Shown: positions 41,707 through 41,915 of the stretch, piece after piece
Layout: every line of letters starts with the position of its first letter
How positions within the stretch are numbered: position 1 is the stretch's first letter
Source: Halobacteria archaeon
Lineage (GTDB): Bacteria; Pseudomonadota; Gammaproteobacteria; UBA9214
NCBI GenBank assembly: GCA_013041945.1
Contig: JABDRC010000289.1
Coordinates: 1 to 41,915 of the forward strand
Direction: 5' to 3'
DNA length: 41,915 nucleotides
The notes under the pieces: model-generated
What the model saw: the letters and a program-made list of their open reading frames with translations, nothing else
Databases searched by the model: none
Told to the model about the DNA's origin: nothing
Program-made: the position numbers and the translations under genes

Positions 41707-41757
41707 ATTTATTCTTTGCGCCCTGGCGGCTTTGCGCGAGGATATGTTTTCAGTAAA

Positions 41758-41915
41758 TCAATCGCGTTTTGAGCGCAACAAGACATAGAGCGCCCCCGCG
41801 CCGCCATCGCGCGGGGTGGCGGAGCTGAATGCCAGTACGTCGTGGTGCTGCCGCAGCCAGCTGTTCAGCCGGTTCTTCAGGACCGGCGTATCGTGTGCCG
41901 ACCCGTAGCCCTTGC
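41758..41915 (-). CDS. Smr-domain protein, C-terminal fragment (N-terminus beyond the right edge)
   Basis: Not in the ORF track because it is truncated. My minus-strand translation gives KGYGSAHDTPVLKNRLNSWLRQHHDVLAFSSATPRDGGAGALYVLLRSKRD-stop (TGA at 41760-41758), the typical Smr/MutS2-C pattern. Confidence 0.7.
   Translation of the reverse strand, partial: KGYGSAHDTPVLKNRLNSWLRQHHDVLAFSSATPRDGGAGALYVLLRSKRD

Overview
This GC-rich window looks like core gammaproteobacterial chromosome, and I found no convincing new multi-gene system in it. It holds 37 protein-coding genes, two of them cut by the window edges, almost all recognisable housekeeping genes in Pseudomonas-like order.

Minus strand, 1-12338: a TRAP transporter with a TatT-type TPR lipoprotein (dctM/dctQ/dctP/tatT-like), dapE, a yffB/ArsC-family gene, dapD, dapC, glnD and map. 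A small plus-strand EamA-VOC gene pair sits between dapC and glnD.

Plus strand, 12583-41345: rpsB-tsf-pyrH-frr-uppS-cdsA-dxr-rseP-bamA-skp-lpxD-fabZ-lpxA-lpxB-rnhB, then dnaE-accA-tilS-pyrG-kdsA-eno-ftsB-ispD-ispF-truD. One minus-strand membrane GGDEF gene is wedged between rnhB and dnaE. A truncated Smr-domain gene sits at the right edge.

I saw no tRNA, rRNA, CRISPR array, transposase, integrase or phage-like gene. Many track ORFs are antisense artefacts of GC-rich coding sequence or N-terminal over-extensions; I trimmed starts where an RBS and homologue N-termini support it.

The most unusual material is non-coding. A family of intergenic hairpin/palindromic repeats appears at 5.1 kb, 15.8-16.0 kb and, most elaborately, at 41.36-41.74 kb. 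That last locus is a nested palindrome with a perfect 32-bp inverted repeat containing ATTCCC-N8-GGGAAT and 9-bp-phased CACAGAG heptamers.

Secondary leads:
- the TatT-type TRAP system fused into the yffB-dapE operon
- an E. coli-like extended -10 promoter and long leader for rpsB
- a lysine/alanine-rich C-terminal tail on S2
- the GGDEF insertion

All interest scores are modest.
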